From positions 196,835 through 260,834 of the forward strand of contig MNCI01003473.1 of assembly GCA_015680685.1 (NCBI GenBank): a DNA stretch of 64,000 nucleotides. Reading direction: 5' to 3'. This stretch comes from Gnetum montanum (Eukaryota > Plantae > Gnetophyta). Both the position numbers and the translations under genes were made by a program. Below, in pieces: positions 13,560 through 28,500 of this stretch; position 1 is the first letter of the stretch; each line of letters starts with the position of its first letter. The notes under the pieces are model-generated. The model was not told the origin of the DNA, did not search any database, and saw nothing but the letters and a program-made list of their open reading frames with translations.

Positions 13560-15200
13560 ATCTAATAACCTTAACCACTAACCTCTATATTATCATTGGA
13601 GTCCTCATCATCTAAAGCACCTGTAGCTCTAGAAGGTATGTATGTCTCCTCCTCCTCATCATTGCTGCTGGTACTAGTGCTAGAGACATGCTGCTCAATA
13701 TCATCATTACAAGATGGGATCTAGATAGGGGCCCTTTTGGATGAAGCTTCACTCAAAAAAGTGATGAAGCTAGTGGATCTGGCTAGGATAGACCTTGCTA
13801 AGAAGATGAGGAAGCTCCCTTCCTCTGATATGTGAGAGCATTTTTAGGTCTCCATTGGGATGAAATTCTAAAGATACTCTCCATAGCCTGCTACTCAAAA
13901 GATCTAGGAGAATCATCCTAATGAAAGCTAATGCCAAGCTACATAGGATTAGGATGCTCCCTTTGGACATGTGTCAGTGGTGCATCAAGCTCAAAATTAG
14001 ACTCATTTCCTAAGTCATAGGTTTGAAAGGGTCCAGCTACTATAGAGTGTCTTAGTGTAGTAGGAAGGTCCTCCTCATTATTTGAGATGGAAGGAGTAAT
14101 GATCTTCTTAAATTGGTACCCATCAGGAGGAAGTGGTACTCTAGTAGCATTTATTCTCTTATGCAAGTAAGAGAGATTCCTACCGATCATCCCTAAAGTA
14201 TAGGCAAATAGTAATAGTAGCTTCTTCAAGGAAGTTGTCACCTATCCACTAGTAGATTTGGACCTTCTTACCTAAGGAGATGTCTTGGATGATGATGTCA
14301 ATCTCTTCTTTTGTGATGGAGGTGGCTTGGTGTTTGGTCCTGCTTCATCTGCATTGGAGAAGCTTCTTTTCTCTACATACTCCATAAGGTTCCTCTTACC
14401 TTTGAGCAAAGACATCTTTGGATGGGCACACAACTTTGATGAATCTATAGGCTAATGAGGTGAGGATCTTCAAAGATCCTCTCTTTGGTGAACATGTTCA
14501 ACATGTCACAATAGAGAGTATGGCCCAAGTCCAGTAGTTGTTCTGTAAATAGGTAGTAAAGGATAAAAGCTTGGGGTGGCAAGAGATAGTTACAATGATG
14601 TTATACAAAACAATAATGAACAAGGTGGAAACATTTGGAGACATCCTATTCCTATAAAGTTTTCCTCTACAAAAAGATATAGACTCCCCAAATATGGCAT
14701 CACAGAATTTATCATGTGTGATTGGAATTACACCATTTGTAATTATATCAATCTTCAAATGATTGGAAACCTAAAAGGAATTTGCACTAGAAAACCCAAG
14801 AAGTGCATTCACCCCTTGGGGAGACACATCAATAATTAAACCCCCAACCATAGATGTAAATGGACCAACAACAACATTGGTAATAACAATGTTACAATAG
14901 AATTCTTTGATAAGAATTTGAGGAACCAAGAAATCCATAGCAATGAAAGTAGCCCAATTCAAAACTTGAAAATAAATCATCAATGCTTGTTGCCTATGTA
15001 GAGGAAAGGACAGAGAATGCTCAAAAATAATGTTAATAGTTTGAGTTACCTCAAACTGGTGCTAGGCATTGATAGAACTAAATAGGGGTTTGTAGGTGCT
15101 TGGATTGCTGGTGGAGCCTCCCCTTCATCTCTTCTTAGGTAGCACCCCTGATGTTCCAACCTTCTTGTGGGCCATTGCTACTCCAATCACTATCGTTGGT
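13560..15200 (-). pseudogene. Decayed env-position ORF with putative plant transposon protein (Transposase_32-like) motif
   Basis: LIKEFYCNI...FTSMVGGLIIDVSPQGVNALLG matches the LVREFYAN..S.V.G..I...IN.LLG pattern of LTR-element extra ORFs. Acidic C-terminal tail near 13600-13660. Confidence 0.6.
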
Positions 15201-15599
15201 TGTTCCTTGGTTATCTCCTAATGGTCATCTTCGATGAAAATAAGAAACAATGAGGATTTGAATTTTTATAATCATATCAAATGAGGATTGTTAACAAGAA
15301 AGAAGATGTTTCCTTTCGAAGATAGATGCCTCATTCACATTTAAAACTTAATGTAGACATCTCCGTTTCAAAATAGATGTCTTTGTCGTGCTGAAGGAAA
15401 AATTAGGGAGATGTCTTCTTTTACATGTAGACATCTTCAGTAAGACGTCCCAAAAAGTTAAGGTTTAAAAAAATGGATCTCAGGGATGGCTTCTAAGGGT
15501 TATATTCTCAAAATATGCTTACAACAAATTAAAAACTCACCTCTACTTACCTTTCTCGTTGAAGAGAATGAAGGTGCCTAGTATACTAGAGAATGAGAT

Positions 15600-17420
15600 T
15601 CCTCTTTCGAGGTTTCACTTGTTATACAGACTTCTTTGATTTTTAAGGCTTCGCTTCCTCTAAAAAATTTGTTGGAGTCTTCCCATTTTTGTGTTCCTTC
15701 CTTTTGACTCTCTTTTCTTTCTTAGCTCCCTTGTTCTTTTGAGTTGTCCATTTTTTCTATGGTCCTGCATAGTTTCCTTTTGTGATGCATTTTGGTAAGA
15801 CCAAGGAGTCTTATGATACAACTAGATATTCATATGACAGAACTTTAAACTTCACTCCCATTGCTTATGCCCAAATTTATGATAATAATAACATATCACC
15901 TTCCTATAGTAGTTAAAGTGATCATACCTTGAAGCTACTCTTGGTTGAGATGTAGTGCCTATTGATTCTTCATTTTTTGGAGTAGCCTTTGGTTGAGATG
16001 GAGTTGGTGTAGATGATTCATCTTATGTACAACATCCTATCCCACTCTTATCATGTGGACTTCTTCCTTGTCCTAACACCATCTAAAAGGACTCTTTACC
16101 TTTAACCAGCTTTTCATTCACAAGTTTTATATCTACAAGCTCTTCCTTCATTTGCTCACAAGACATGGTTAGCTTTTTACTCTTAGCCCTAAGGTTTGAT
16201 ATTTCTTTTTTGAGGTTTAAAATCTTTTAATTTAATGAATAAATATCTGATCATTAATTTTTACTTGTTTACTCAACTTTTTACAAAGATTTTGGAAAGA
16301 TAAAAGTTCATTACACAAAGTTCATAACTTTCTTCTTTATTTTCAAATTCATCATTTGAAGTGTTGACATCATCATCTATAAGGATAATACATATGAGGT
16401 GTGAATCTTTTACATTGTTCTACACCTCTTCTTTACTATGCTCTCTATCATCTCAATTTGTATAGAAGTTGGTCTTTTCTAGTTCCATATCATTTTTGTC
16501 CTTCTATTATAGCCTACCATCACTAGGACATTCGGAGGTCACATGGATTCTTCCATAATATACCCAACATTCTATTGAAGAAGAATCAAAATTACAATTG
16601 AAAATTTTTTTACCTCTTTTCTTACCTCTAAATTGATTTGGTCTTTGTTGATTAGAGCTATTACTCCTTTTTTCCATAAGCCTTTGCAGCCTTCTTGAGA
16701 GAAGAGCTATTTCTTCTTCACTACCCTCATTTTCTCAATAGGTTCTTTTTCATTTGAAGAAGATTTTAGAGTAATGGGTTTTTCTTTTATAGCCCCTTTG
16801 CTTATGAGGTTCATTTCATAAGCAATAAGAGCACTTTGAAGCTCTTCAAATTTTAGAATAGAAAAATCTCTAATTTCATTTATGGTTGTGACCTAAGGTC
16901 TAAATTTTGGTTGGAGCATTTTAAACATTTTTATTATGACATCACTTTTTCACAAATCCTTGCTAGTACCTCTAATTGCTACGACTAAATCATTAGTCAT
17001 AGAGAAATAATCATGTATTTTCTCACCTTATCTCATTCTAAGCTTATCATACTCACCTTGAACTAAGAGCTTAGATTTCTTAACTATTGAAGTTCCCTCA
17101 TAGGTAGCCTCTAAAGTTTCCAAAATTTATTTGGCCATTTTACATCTAGCTACTCTATTAAATTCAGATTTATTCAATGTACAATATAAATAAATTTTTT
17201 CTTTTGAATCAAACATGAACTTATCTTTTCCTTCTTGTGTCCATTTGTTTTAAGGCTTGATGGCCTTTGTTGTGTTGTTGATGGATGGTATGTAGCCTTC
17301 AAGTATGGACTTCCATACTTCAAACATCATAGATTCAAAGAAGACTTACATCCTTGCTTTCCAATAAGCAAAGTTAAGCTCATCGAATATTGGTGGCTTG
17401 GTGTAAGATGTTCCTTCCAT
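15600..17420 (-). pseudogene. Decayed extended copia gag with two zinc-knuckle remnants
   Basis: ECWVYYGRIHVTSECP (~16525-16575) and ICYYYHKFGHKQWE (~15855-15895). N-terminus homologous to 11320-11640. Confidence 0.8.
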
Positions 17421-20399
17421 AGCTCACTCTTGAAGTTGATGTTAAAAGAAAGAGTACTAGGCTCCAATATCATTTGAGGATCAAGAACTTAGAAGGGAGG
17501 GATGAATAAGTTCCCTAAAAGAAAATTAAACAACCACAAAAACCACACCCAAAATTTACATGGTTCCCCAAGTTGGGTACTCCACACTTGAAATGTAGAT
17601 CTCTTGCACACCTTCAAGATTTGTTTCTCTAAAATGTGGCTTGAAGAGTACCACACTTGAAGTGTTTTGTTGCTGTGAAACCACTCAACCCTATAAGGTT
17701 CCAACAAGCTTAGAATGTGGTTTCAAGGATCCCATAACTTTTACAAATTAAGCTTCACTCCAAAGTGTTTTGATGCTACACAATTACTCAATCTTGCAAG
17801 ATCCTGACAAGATCAATTATGATGCCTTCTCCCAAGAAGCACATTAACCCTAGTAGGGCAACAAGAGAGAAACAAAAATACAAGGAAAGAGTGTAACTCA
17901 AATTTATACATCCTTGTACGTTGAAGCACAATTCTATAATCAAGCAAATGATATAACAAATGAGGTACACAAGTATAACATACAATGATTTCTTAGATAG
18001 TGACAATACATGCACAACACTTGCACATTGCCCAAGAGTATGAATTCTTTTTATAGCTTTGGAGTTTTTGAAAACACCTCATAATTCATGCAACAACTAT
18101 CTAATGTCTAGTGTAGATTTCTGCTTTGAGATTGGGATGTCTCTCTAAAATTTGACTTCAATTCTAGGGATATGTCTCTTCTAAAAGTGGTACATCTTTG
18201 TGGAGATGTTTTCTTCTAATAGAAGACATCTCTTTTTCTTGGGAGATGTCTTATCGACATGTACTCCACTTTGGCCAAGATGTCTTTTGCTTCATGGAGA
18301 TGTCTTCTTAGCTTTTGAACTTTGATTCCTTAGGCTTCCTATTGTTGATTTAGCTTTCTCTCAATTATTAGAGCATCTTCATCTAACTAATAGCCTTCAT
18401 CTTTATCTATGCTTGTCCATGATCCCTTGAGTCCTTGTGGTCTCCTCTATGACTTCCCTTTGTAGATCTCACTTCTTGAGTTCTCATTCATGCCCTAGAA
18501 AATAATTACATTCCACAACATTCTATGTTATCCATTTTCCTTAAGGTTTTAACATACCAAAAGGTAAACATTGGTAGCATGGGTTGCCTTAACAACTTGT
18601 TCTTGGGGTTGTTGCTATGATTATTGATTATTCACTTCCACTATGAGGTCATTTCTCCTAGGGCTATGATGGCGCTCCTGCCTACAATCCTCACTTTGAT
18701 GCCATCTGCAATCACAAATATAATTCTAGATTAGTCATTTAGATATAATCTGGTTTAATTTGGATGCCTTCCACTATTTGATTAGGTTAAGTTTGTTGGT
18801 CCAAAGTTGGGATTTTATTGTTAACTTCTTATTTAGTGATTGCAGGCATATGATATTTTATTATTATTTTATTCATGCTTTAATGAAGGTTCATTGTTGA
18901 TATTAACTCTTAGAATTATTATTTTAATATCTTATCTATGGGATGTATAAAAAATTTTCAAAATTTGTTTTGTGAAAACCTAGCATTTAATGTCCCTAGG
19001 ATGTAAAGAGTANATTTTTAGGGAATTTGAAAGAGTTTAAGATTGAAAAAATAGCCAAATGAAAGCTAAAAGATTGGGTAAACATTACAACAACACAAGT
19101 GAAGTTTTTGTTTATGAATTAGAGCAATTTGATCATGCATAATAAGCAAATGGAAGATGTTTCTTAAGCCAAATTAGCATAAAACTTAGATGATGCAGGC
19201 TATTGAGATTGTAGAGATCAAAATGAGGCATATGGTTATATAAGTGGATTTTAAATTAGAGGAGACCAAGAGCTATATAAGTGGGTTCTTCCAAAAGTAG
19301 GCTTTTGCCTAAGATGCCCTTACATAATCTCATCTCAAGGAGTTCTTAGGCATTTTGGGTGATGAATGATTATTCAAGTTAAAAACTATACCCATGTGAG
19401 AGATTATTTAAGGATTATGTAAACTACAAAATAAAACTATTAATTGATCATGGTATAAGATAATGAGGTAAAAAAAAAAGAGATGCTAGTATGGTAGAAA
19501 GAGATCAAGAAAGGAAAATTTACATCATAGTCACATGGGATCCTTGGTGAAATGCTTGATTAAGATGATCCAATACTAGTTTGTTCTAAGTCTAGACCAA
19601 GTTCATACTAATAATAATAACCTCACATTGGTGTATTTCTCCTCTCCTACCATCATGAGTTGATGACAACCACAAAGAACAATTGTCACTCTAAGAAAAG
19701 AAAAAAATAGAAGAAGAAAGTAGTTAGGATGAAATTTGGTCATTAGTTAGAGGGATACCTTAAGGTATGGATAACATGTCTTTCTAGCCCAATAACTAGT
19801 GCTTGTATCCCAAGAGATCTTCAAAGAGGTGTGCTTTTAATTTCCATTTTTTTTCGTTTTCTGGGAACCAAATCATACAGGGACATACTACATTTTATGG
19901 TTAATAGTAGAAGTGATGATATGTCCATGAGGAGTCATAGAACTCAAGAGGGAAGTTAAGAAGAGAGCACAAAAAATCATCTTGAGGTCACATCCTTTTC
20001 CATTTTCACTAGGTTCTTTTCCAACTTGTTGGATAATAAGATCACATGTTGCATTTAGTTTTGATGACGTAAACTTACTACCTAATACCACTAGAAAACT
20101 GATAGCTCATTAGTAGAGAGCATAATTTAAAGAAAAAATTGACATATATAATGAGTTATAACCTTGATAGCTATATTCAACAATTACCAAAGTTCTTAAT
20201 AATAATGGAATAAAATTAGAGATTGTAATTAAAACCAAATGAAAGTAATAAGAAAAGCTCAAGTAAAACGTAGAGAGTTAAAAAGGAAAATATATAGAAT
20301 AATCATTAAAATATATAAAAAAGAAAAATATATAAAGAACTATGTAAAAAAAAAGAAGAAAAATATTTCATCCGCTTTAAGGTGTTATGGCAGATGGAT

Positions 20400-23300
20400 A
20401 TCTTCCCAATGATTAAGTTGAAAGGAGGAGATTCAAAAAATGGAGTGAGCTTGTTCTTGATTTGAGATGTTAGTGTTGTAGATGGTTATTTGAAAGTTTG
20501 TGAAAGGTTTAAGTTGTTGGATGTTGACTAGCATGTGCTTCTGAGGGCTTGTTGGATGGTAAATGTTCATAGCCTTAGAAGGAAAATTTGAGTGTATAAG
20601 GTATGGGTCTCATAATGTCTAGAGCTTGGTTCATTATAGCAAATGCATGGGATTCAATAAAGAATCTTTTTTCTTGGTTTGAATGCAAATTTTATTATCT
20701 GGGTGTCATGAAATTATTTGATGTATACCTTGTGCATTTCATTCATCATAATGGCTACTCTTTGATTCTCATTGAGCACATTGAGCATCATTAATTGTTC
20801 TTTTTATGCTAAGTTAATGTTTGACTCAAGCTCATATGAAGTTGTGAGTGTATAGAGTTTGATTTGAATCAAAAGTTTTGGTAACTTTTCATACACTAAA
20901 TCATAGGGAGAGCAACCTATAGAAAGTTTCTATGTTGAGTGATATGTCCAAAGGGAATCATTGAGTTTGGTACTCCAATCTTTTCTATATCTACTAATGG
21001 TTTGTGTTAGGATTTGAGTGATCTCCCTATTGGTTATTTCTACTTGATTTTTAACTTAAGGATGGTAGGGTGTTGTAAGTTTATGTTGTACCTCTAAGCA
21101 TTGCATTAACTTACAATAGGTAGTACTTGTGAAGTATGTTCCATTGTCAAAATAAGTACTCTAGGTACACCAAACCTATTTACCACCTATTGATAAAAAA
21201 ATCAAGTTGTAGTAAAAGAGGTACAATTAAAAATGGTTGTAGTTTCAATCTATTTTGTACATTAGTTAACAACAACAATGATATAAGACTTACGATTGGA
21301 TGTGGGAGTGATGGGTTCCATAAAGTCAATTCCCCAAAGGTTGAAAGGCTCCTATGGTTGTATCCACTATTAGAGCCCTTCCATTCTAGTTATCATTCCT
21401 TCATCTCATTGGCATCTTTTGCATGAACAGGTAAAATGGTAGATGTTCCTAAAGATTGTTGACCAAAAATATCTTGCCATCAGGATATTTGTGGTTATTC
21501 TTCTTCCTACATAGTGGTCCTTGTAAGGACCCTTCTGAGCATCTTAAAGGACTCTTAGTTAGCCTTCATTAGGCATGCATCATCATACTAGGCCATTGGC
21601 ACAAATCTTGTAGATGTTACCCTCTATCTCTATGTAGTATTTAACTTAGCAGAGAAATTGCTTTTTCTTCCTATGGTCACATTTGATTAGTCTTATGTGT
21701 GAGTATATATGAGAAGAATTCATCATACCAACTTGTGACCCTTTATGTATTAACTTTGATTACCTTAGCAAATAGAAGCTTAGTTAGAAATTGATCAAAC
21801 AAGGGCTCTTTATCATCATTATTATTCAATCTTAACTAAGATAAATGATTTGCAATTACATTATTAGTTTCCTTCCTATTTACCATTATTAAATCAAACT
21901 CTTTCAATATCATAAACCACTATATAACATGGGGATCCACTATTGGCTTATTTATTAAGAAGTAAATTGCATTGTAATCGGTGTGCACAAAAATTAGATA
22001 TCCAAGCACATAGTACCTAAATTTCTCTAGAGCATTTACCACTATCATGAGTTCCTTTTCTATAGTAGTGTAATTGAGTTGTACATCCACAATGCTTTTG
22101 CTTACACAATGGATATAATATGGACATTTTTGATCATCCAGTTGTGTAAGTACTACTCCAATGCATAGTTGGATGTATCAGTCATGATGTGAAAGGGTTT
22201 GAACCAATTAGGAGTGCATAGAATTGACATTTTTATGAGGTTATACTTCAAGTTTTGGAATGCTTGTTCACATGCCCTAGTTCACTCAAATATTGCATCG
22301 TTCTTGGTAAGCTCAACTAGCGGCTTAGTGATTTTGAAGATGTTTTCAATAAAACACATGTAATATCCAGGATGACTAGGGAATGACCTTACATATTTGA
22401 TGGTTTGAGGTTTAGTAATTTCTTCAATAATCCTTATCATTTTAGGACCCACCTTAATTTCTTTCCCTGAAATTCTATATCCCAAGAGAATGCCCTCTTA
22501 GATCATCAAATGTCTCTTTTGCTAGTTCAGCCATACATTTGTCTTCACATATTATTTTAGTACTTGTTCAAAATCGTATTATGTTTATTCAAAATTATCT
22601 CCATAAGTGGAGAAGTTATCCATAAATGCTCCCATACCACTACCAATTTTTTACTAGAAGATACTAAGAACTAGGTACTAAAGGTTGTAGGGGAATTACA
22701 TAGGCCTAAGGACATCTTCTTGTATGTGAAAGTTCCTCAAGAACTTATAAAAGTTGTTTTGGCCCCATGTTTTGGAGTAATTTATATTTGATTATACCCT
22801 TTACCTATTCAAAAAACGATAGTACTTATGCTCTATAATTGTGTCCAACACTTGGTCCACAAATAGCAACGAAAAATGATCATTGAACATCATCATGTTC
22901 AATAGCCTAAAGTCTATATAGACTCTACATTGTTCATCTTTCCTTGATACAAGGATGATTAGACTAATTCACTCACTAGATAGATGAATCCAACCTTAAA
23001 AAGTTTCTCAACTTCATTTTTAATGAATTTAGTTCCAAGGGCTCTAGTTTTGAAGTATCAAGATCTCTAACTCTTCTCAAACCATGTCTTCTTCTTTTCT
23101 ATATTATGCTTCAAAGAGTTAGCTTGAGATTTACTTCATCTCATCCATCTTATCTATATAGGCACATGTGAAGATTTTAGCTGGTTCCATGCACATTGTG
23201 TAACTAAAGCTATTATTTATGATTAGACATTGGGTAACTTCTTCTTTTATGGCTACTACATAAAAACACCTTTAGACTCTTGTGGTTTGACCATACTTCT

Positions 23301-25521
23301 TGCATGTTGTAATAGTTGTGCTCTTCATAGTTCATATTTTCTGTACATAATGACATCCTATGTTATTGTACATGATGCATGAAATCTTCTTCTTCTCAAT
23401 ATTATTAAATTCATTTTCTTGAAAATATCTATGGAGATATATCTAATTCCTAACTTGGCATGAATTGTACTTAGAAAATCCCTTCCCATGACAATTACAA
23501 AGTTCCCTTTACAGTTGTTCACATGGATAACTAGGAAGTTTGCTAAATATGAACATCTGTACATAGTGATCATAATATCCTCCACTAATCCTAATGGAAC
23601 TATGATGGATTGGTCAACAAGCTCTAACATGATGTTACACTTCTTAAGTGGAGGAAAGTTCCATGTTTTATATATTTTATGCAAAATTAAGTTCACACTA
23701 GAACTTGAGTCTAATAGAGCCTTACATGGATCATTTTTTATAATCTATAAATAAATTAGAGGACTTCTAAGATTAGTTCTTTTTTTTTTTGGAAATGTGT
23801 TTTACATTTATCTATTCCATAATTTCATGGGTTAACATGATAGTATGTACATTTTATGATCTTTAGTTTAAAGGCAGCTCAATGGATATCTCTAGAGCAG
23901 CTTAAGAAGGATTTGTAACCATAGATGCTTGCAAGGGTTTATGTAGACTATGGGATTTGAGCAAAGTTCATTTTCCATGCTTATACCCAAAACCACGTGA
24001 ATTATTGTTTGGCTCCAAATTTATGATCTACATGACATTGCATTATTAACGCTACAACAGTATCTCATCTTCCATAGGTAATGTAGGTGGTGAAGAAGTG
24101 GAGGTATGAGATGCAGCGTGTTGTTATGGATAATGAGGAGTAGAATTGGAAGGAGATTCAATTTTTAGAGTGGTAAATTTCTGATATTTAGGGGGATAGT
24201 AGTGATAAGAAAAAGAATTGTGGCTTGTAGAGTTACTTGGAGATGTAGGTTGTTTTACATAGAATCCATAAGGATATTGTTTCCTTGGTGGTGGCATCCC
24301 TCATGACGATGGGTTTTTTCATTGATGATAATACTCTTGAGATTATGGTGGCATTTAACTTGGATAGTATTATTGCTGGTTGAACTATTTTCAATAATTA
24401 CCTTGTGGGTAAGATAATGTCCTAGGTGGTTGCCTCTTACCAAGCTTTAGATTTAAAGCATAAACCATAGATTCTTGTAAGTGTGATAAGAAAAAAACAT
24501 CCCTTGGAATATTCATATTGGTAGATGTCACATACATCATCTTCTATTTTGGAATTCACAATCTCATTAACTGTTGCAACCTTATCTTTCTATTAATGAT
24601 AGTCCTTTACTACATTTTTTCTCCTTCCTTTGTCTTTGTTCATGTTCTCCTATTCCATTTTTTCCTCTATAAGTTTTAGGAAAATTTGAAACTTCTCATT
24701 CAAGGATTGTCATATTTTATCCACCTTAGCTGATATCTTTGTGATATATTTTTAAATCGACAAAGTTTTTCTTTGTACAACCTCCTCTAGTAGTCTTTCT
24801 TCCTTAGGATCATAAAGATGTACCTCCCTTTTTCAAATGGAGGGTTCTCTATTATACTCCTTTCCACTTTCTCTCTTTTTCAGTTTCTCTTTTTTTTCCT
24901 AGTTGATCAATGCATCTTTATATTTAATGTATTCTCATTTTTTATAATCTCCCTTGGGCATAAATCCTAGGAGTCTTTCTAGTTTTATTCCTTAGCTTAT
25001 CTATTACATGGTGAAGTTGTTCTCTTAGAGAAAACCCATAGCCTAGGTGTTGGTGTAATAAAGAATAGTACCTTCTTAAGGCTACATCAAGGGATTCAAA
25101 ATTACCTTGTTTCTACCATTGAATTTATTTTCTTCAGTTGGACATCTTAGAAGAAGTTTGATATTTGTCATTGAATAGCGCCAACATTATACTCCATCTA
25201 CAGATAGATTCTAGCTCCATAGATTGGTACCAACTTTTAGCTTTTTTAATGAGTGTCCTAGGGAATAGTTTGAGCTTCTTCTAGTCATTATTAATTTTTT
25301 TGAAGATATAGGTATCATGGAAGGCTTGCAAGTGATGTTATAGATTAGCCTTATAACCTCCTTCAAACTTGGGGATGTTATTCATATCAAGCAATTTGAT
25401 CTAGTTATTCCTTCAATGCATGGTGAGAATATGAACTATTTCTAAGATGTTTATCATGCTTCTAGTAGAAAGAAGTGGTTCATCATAGTTATCACATTTA
25501 TGATGGTCCCTATCATGGTCA
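20400..25521 (-). pseudogene. Decayed gag-pol of X1 (gag ~25500-24000, protease ~23750-23400, RT/RH ~23000-21900, integrase ~21500-20400)
   Basis: MLELVDQSIIVPLGLVEDIM..MGRDFLST (Athila-type protease) and GYRISGKEIKV..VRSF..GYY..FI..ITKPL (RT-RH connection). Upstream gag/5' region resumes at 31716. Confidence 0.88.
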
Positions 25522-28500
25522 TGAGGATCAAGAACTTATAAGGGGGATTGAACAAGTTCCCCAATTAAAATACTGCAGCCACCAAAACACACACAAACTT
25601 TACATGGTTCCCCAACTTGGGTATGTTCGCACTGGAAGGGTAGAATCCATGCACACCTCTAGACTTATTTTTTCCAAAAATTTATTTAAAGTGAATCACA
25701 TCCTATATAATCTTTGAGCTTTTCTTTGAAGCATTTTTTTGTTGCAAAACGACCTAGTCCCCCAAGGTCTCAATAAGCTCGAAATATGATTTAGAGGATT
25801 CCACAACCTTTACAAAATTGAGCTTCCCATCAGAGTGTTTTGACATCTCAAAATCAATAAATCCTACAAGATCTTGACAATTTTGACAAATATTTCTTCT
25901 CTCAAGGAGCATATCAACCTTGCAGGGCTATAAAGAATAAAGAAAAGAAAGAAAGACACGGAGCGAGTGAAACTACACTTTACAAGTTCATTACATTTAA
26001 GCTCTCACAAAACAACATACAAATGATATACAATGAAGAACAAAAGCACTACATAATATGTATACAATAATAATCCAATTGTGTGAACAATGCTCACTAA
26101 TTCTCATGACTTCGTCTTTGTTTAATACTTTTCAAGATTTTGAAACTCCTTGAAATTTGTCCAACAACTAGATAACAACTTTATAAGATGTCTAATTCAA
26201 AGTGGAAATGTTTTTCTATCAAAATTATCAATTCTAAAATGAAATCTACCTATAATAACATCTACTTGTAGATGTCTACCCTTAGAAATCTACCTATAGA
26301 CGTTTTCCTATAGATGTCTATCTTCAATGATAAATGTTTGCTATTTTTCATAGATGTCTACTGTACTTTTGTACTTTGAAATCCAAGACATTCCCTTGTC
26401 AATTTGACATCATGTTAGTCTTCAAAACATCTTCATTTGACTTGTATACTCCTCTTCTATCTTAGTTTGTATCTTGTCATCCCAACATATCTCTTGTTTA
26501 AGTCATGGATATTCTTCCCATCTCAAAATAGCTCTCATTCTGACTCAGAATTTGCTCTTTGTCTCAATATAATGTCTTGATACATTAAAGCTCTTGATTG
26601 TGCTATTATCATGATCTCATCATGCTCTTGGTCTACCCTTATATTTTCAAGGTAATATAAACACATTTTGCACATTCTACATTTTCTAAGTTTTTGACAT
26701 ACCAAAAGGTCAACAATCTCCCCTTTTTTGGTGATGTTCAAAACTTGAGAAAATGGATGAGCATAATACCATAACATTATAACATTATATGATAAACAAT
26801 AAAAGCACAAACATTTATGTGTGTGTGTGTAGAAAAATATAATTTGTCTTCATTAATGCACTAAGAATATCATAAACTTGTCTCCAAAGATATATCATAA
26901 AAAGAGCAACATCATATAGTATGCAGGACTAATATCAAAAAACTCTCCTGCTTTTTGGATAGCATCCAAAATGAAGAGATCATAAAAAGTACCTATCTAA
27001 ACATCCTAAAAAAATTTCCATAAGATAAACTTTCATAACCTTATATGATAATCCCATAGAGATATAAATATTTAGCGAAGGAAGAAAATTAGTTAAAGAG
27101 TACACATCGTTTAGCATTGATTTCATAGAACTGATGATAAAAAAAATTTCATTTAGAGCTTCTCTTTATCTGTTCTTAAACAAAGTTAAAATTAATGAGG
27201 CACAAATAATCCAAGCCTTTCAATTGATATTCAAGAGTATTTAAAACCAAATGCTGAAGTCCAAAGTTTGGCCCTTGAAGATTAGGTAAACTATCTTTGA
27301 ACCAATAAGCCATTAGTAACAAATAACTAATATCTCATAGTTCTATAATCATCTAATATTTTCCCTCTTTTTAAACATCAACAAAAAGATAAGGCATAGT
27401 AATTCCATGAAAAGGAGAGTAAATACATGCAAGTTCAACTTTTAAGAACTAGATCAAATACTCACAAGAAAGATCAAAGCAATATAACTTCTCATGAAAA
27501 GTATTTCAAAATATCAAGAACAACCATACAGATCCTTAACAAGATGCTCATAAACATATGTCAATATGTCAAGTTCAAAAATACATCATCAAGAAAGTCA
27601 CTTTGAGGTAGAGATCCAAAATGTAATATGACCAAAATAAATCTCATACTTTTACCTTAGATACTTTATCAAGCTTAACATAAATATGTCTCTTACTCAC
27701 TCATTCTCTATTGTGGATGCTAGAGTAGGAGATGTTGCAACCTAAGTGCCTTTTGTTGAGAGTCTTTGAAGATTCCCCCTATGCTTGTGGTCCAAAAGAT
27801 ATAGGTTGTTGATAAGGTACAAGATCCCCTTGCATATGTGCAAATGTCCTTCTCATCTTAATGCTTTAGTAGTAGGGAGAGTGGTATTATTTCCTTGGTT
27901 CTTTTAGGATTATCTTTTTCCTTTCAAAGATGTAATCTTAATTATCCTTTTGTCATCAAAGTACTAGATCTACATTACATCACTAAGATCAAGTATAGAT
28001 ACTAAGGTCTTCCATTAGTTATATCTTTTAAAAATTTTCTTCTAGATAATTAGCAAGGAATCCCTTTTAAAAAGAAAGAACTATGTGATTAGACATTGAG
28101 GATCCAAAATTCATAATAGCAACTATAGTCTTCAACTTTTGTAATGTATCCATTTCTTAAACATCCATTCATTTCTTACTTTGCCCATATACCTCTTGAG
28201 ATAGACATTTGCTATCAAAATGGAACGTCTCAAAAGCAGATAAGACATTTAACTATTAGAGTAGACGTTTGACCTACTAGGGCTAAAAATAAAGATGCTC
28301 ATTTTGAGGTATGGAAGCTCTGGATATCTCCAAAAAAGTCCCCATAGCCCCTAGAACCTCCTATACTCATCAAAATAAGTCTAAAACACCATCAACCATG
28401 GTAAAACACCTTGAAATCATCATTACAAAAAATCAACACAATAAAACACATATAAACATCACACATACATTGAGAAGTACACAAAGATTGGGTGATGTCT

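Larger units (their letters stand above)
11282..18570 (-). mobile_element. Sirevirus-like Ty1/copia composite with three LTRs (remnant 11282-~11317, 11698-13109, 17475-18570), no pol
   Basis: Perfect TTGGT TSD (11277-11281, 18571-18575). iMet PBS at ~11684-11695 and ~17461-17472. PPT at 13110-13124 plus an upstream PPT-like copy near 13525. Copia gag motif ALNKFEFNRVARCK..KDIWENLE. Confidence 0.9.
8460..18790 (-). pseudogene. Decayed ~3-kb extra (env-position) ORF of X1, interrupted by the insertion at 11282-18570
   Basis: Lies between integrase and 3' LTR in sense orientation. Fragments KILPFSCLIKKL and K/E/L-rich helical stretches (KMVANRIEEALSALEAF). Boundaries approximate. Confidence 0.55.
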
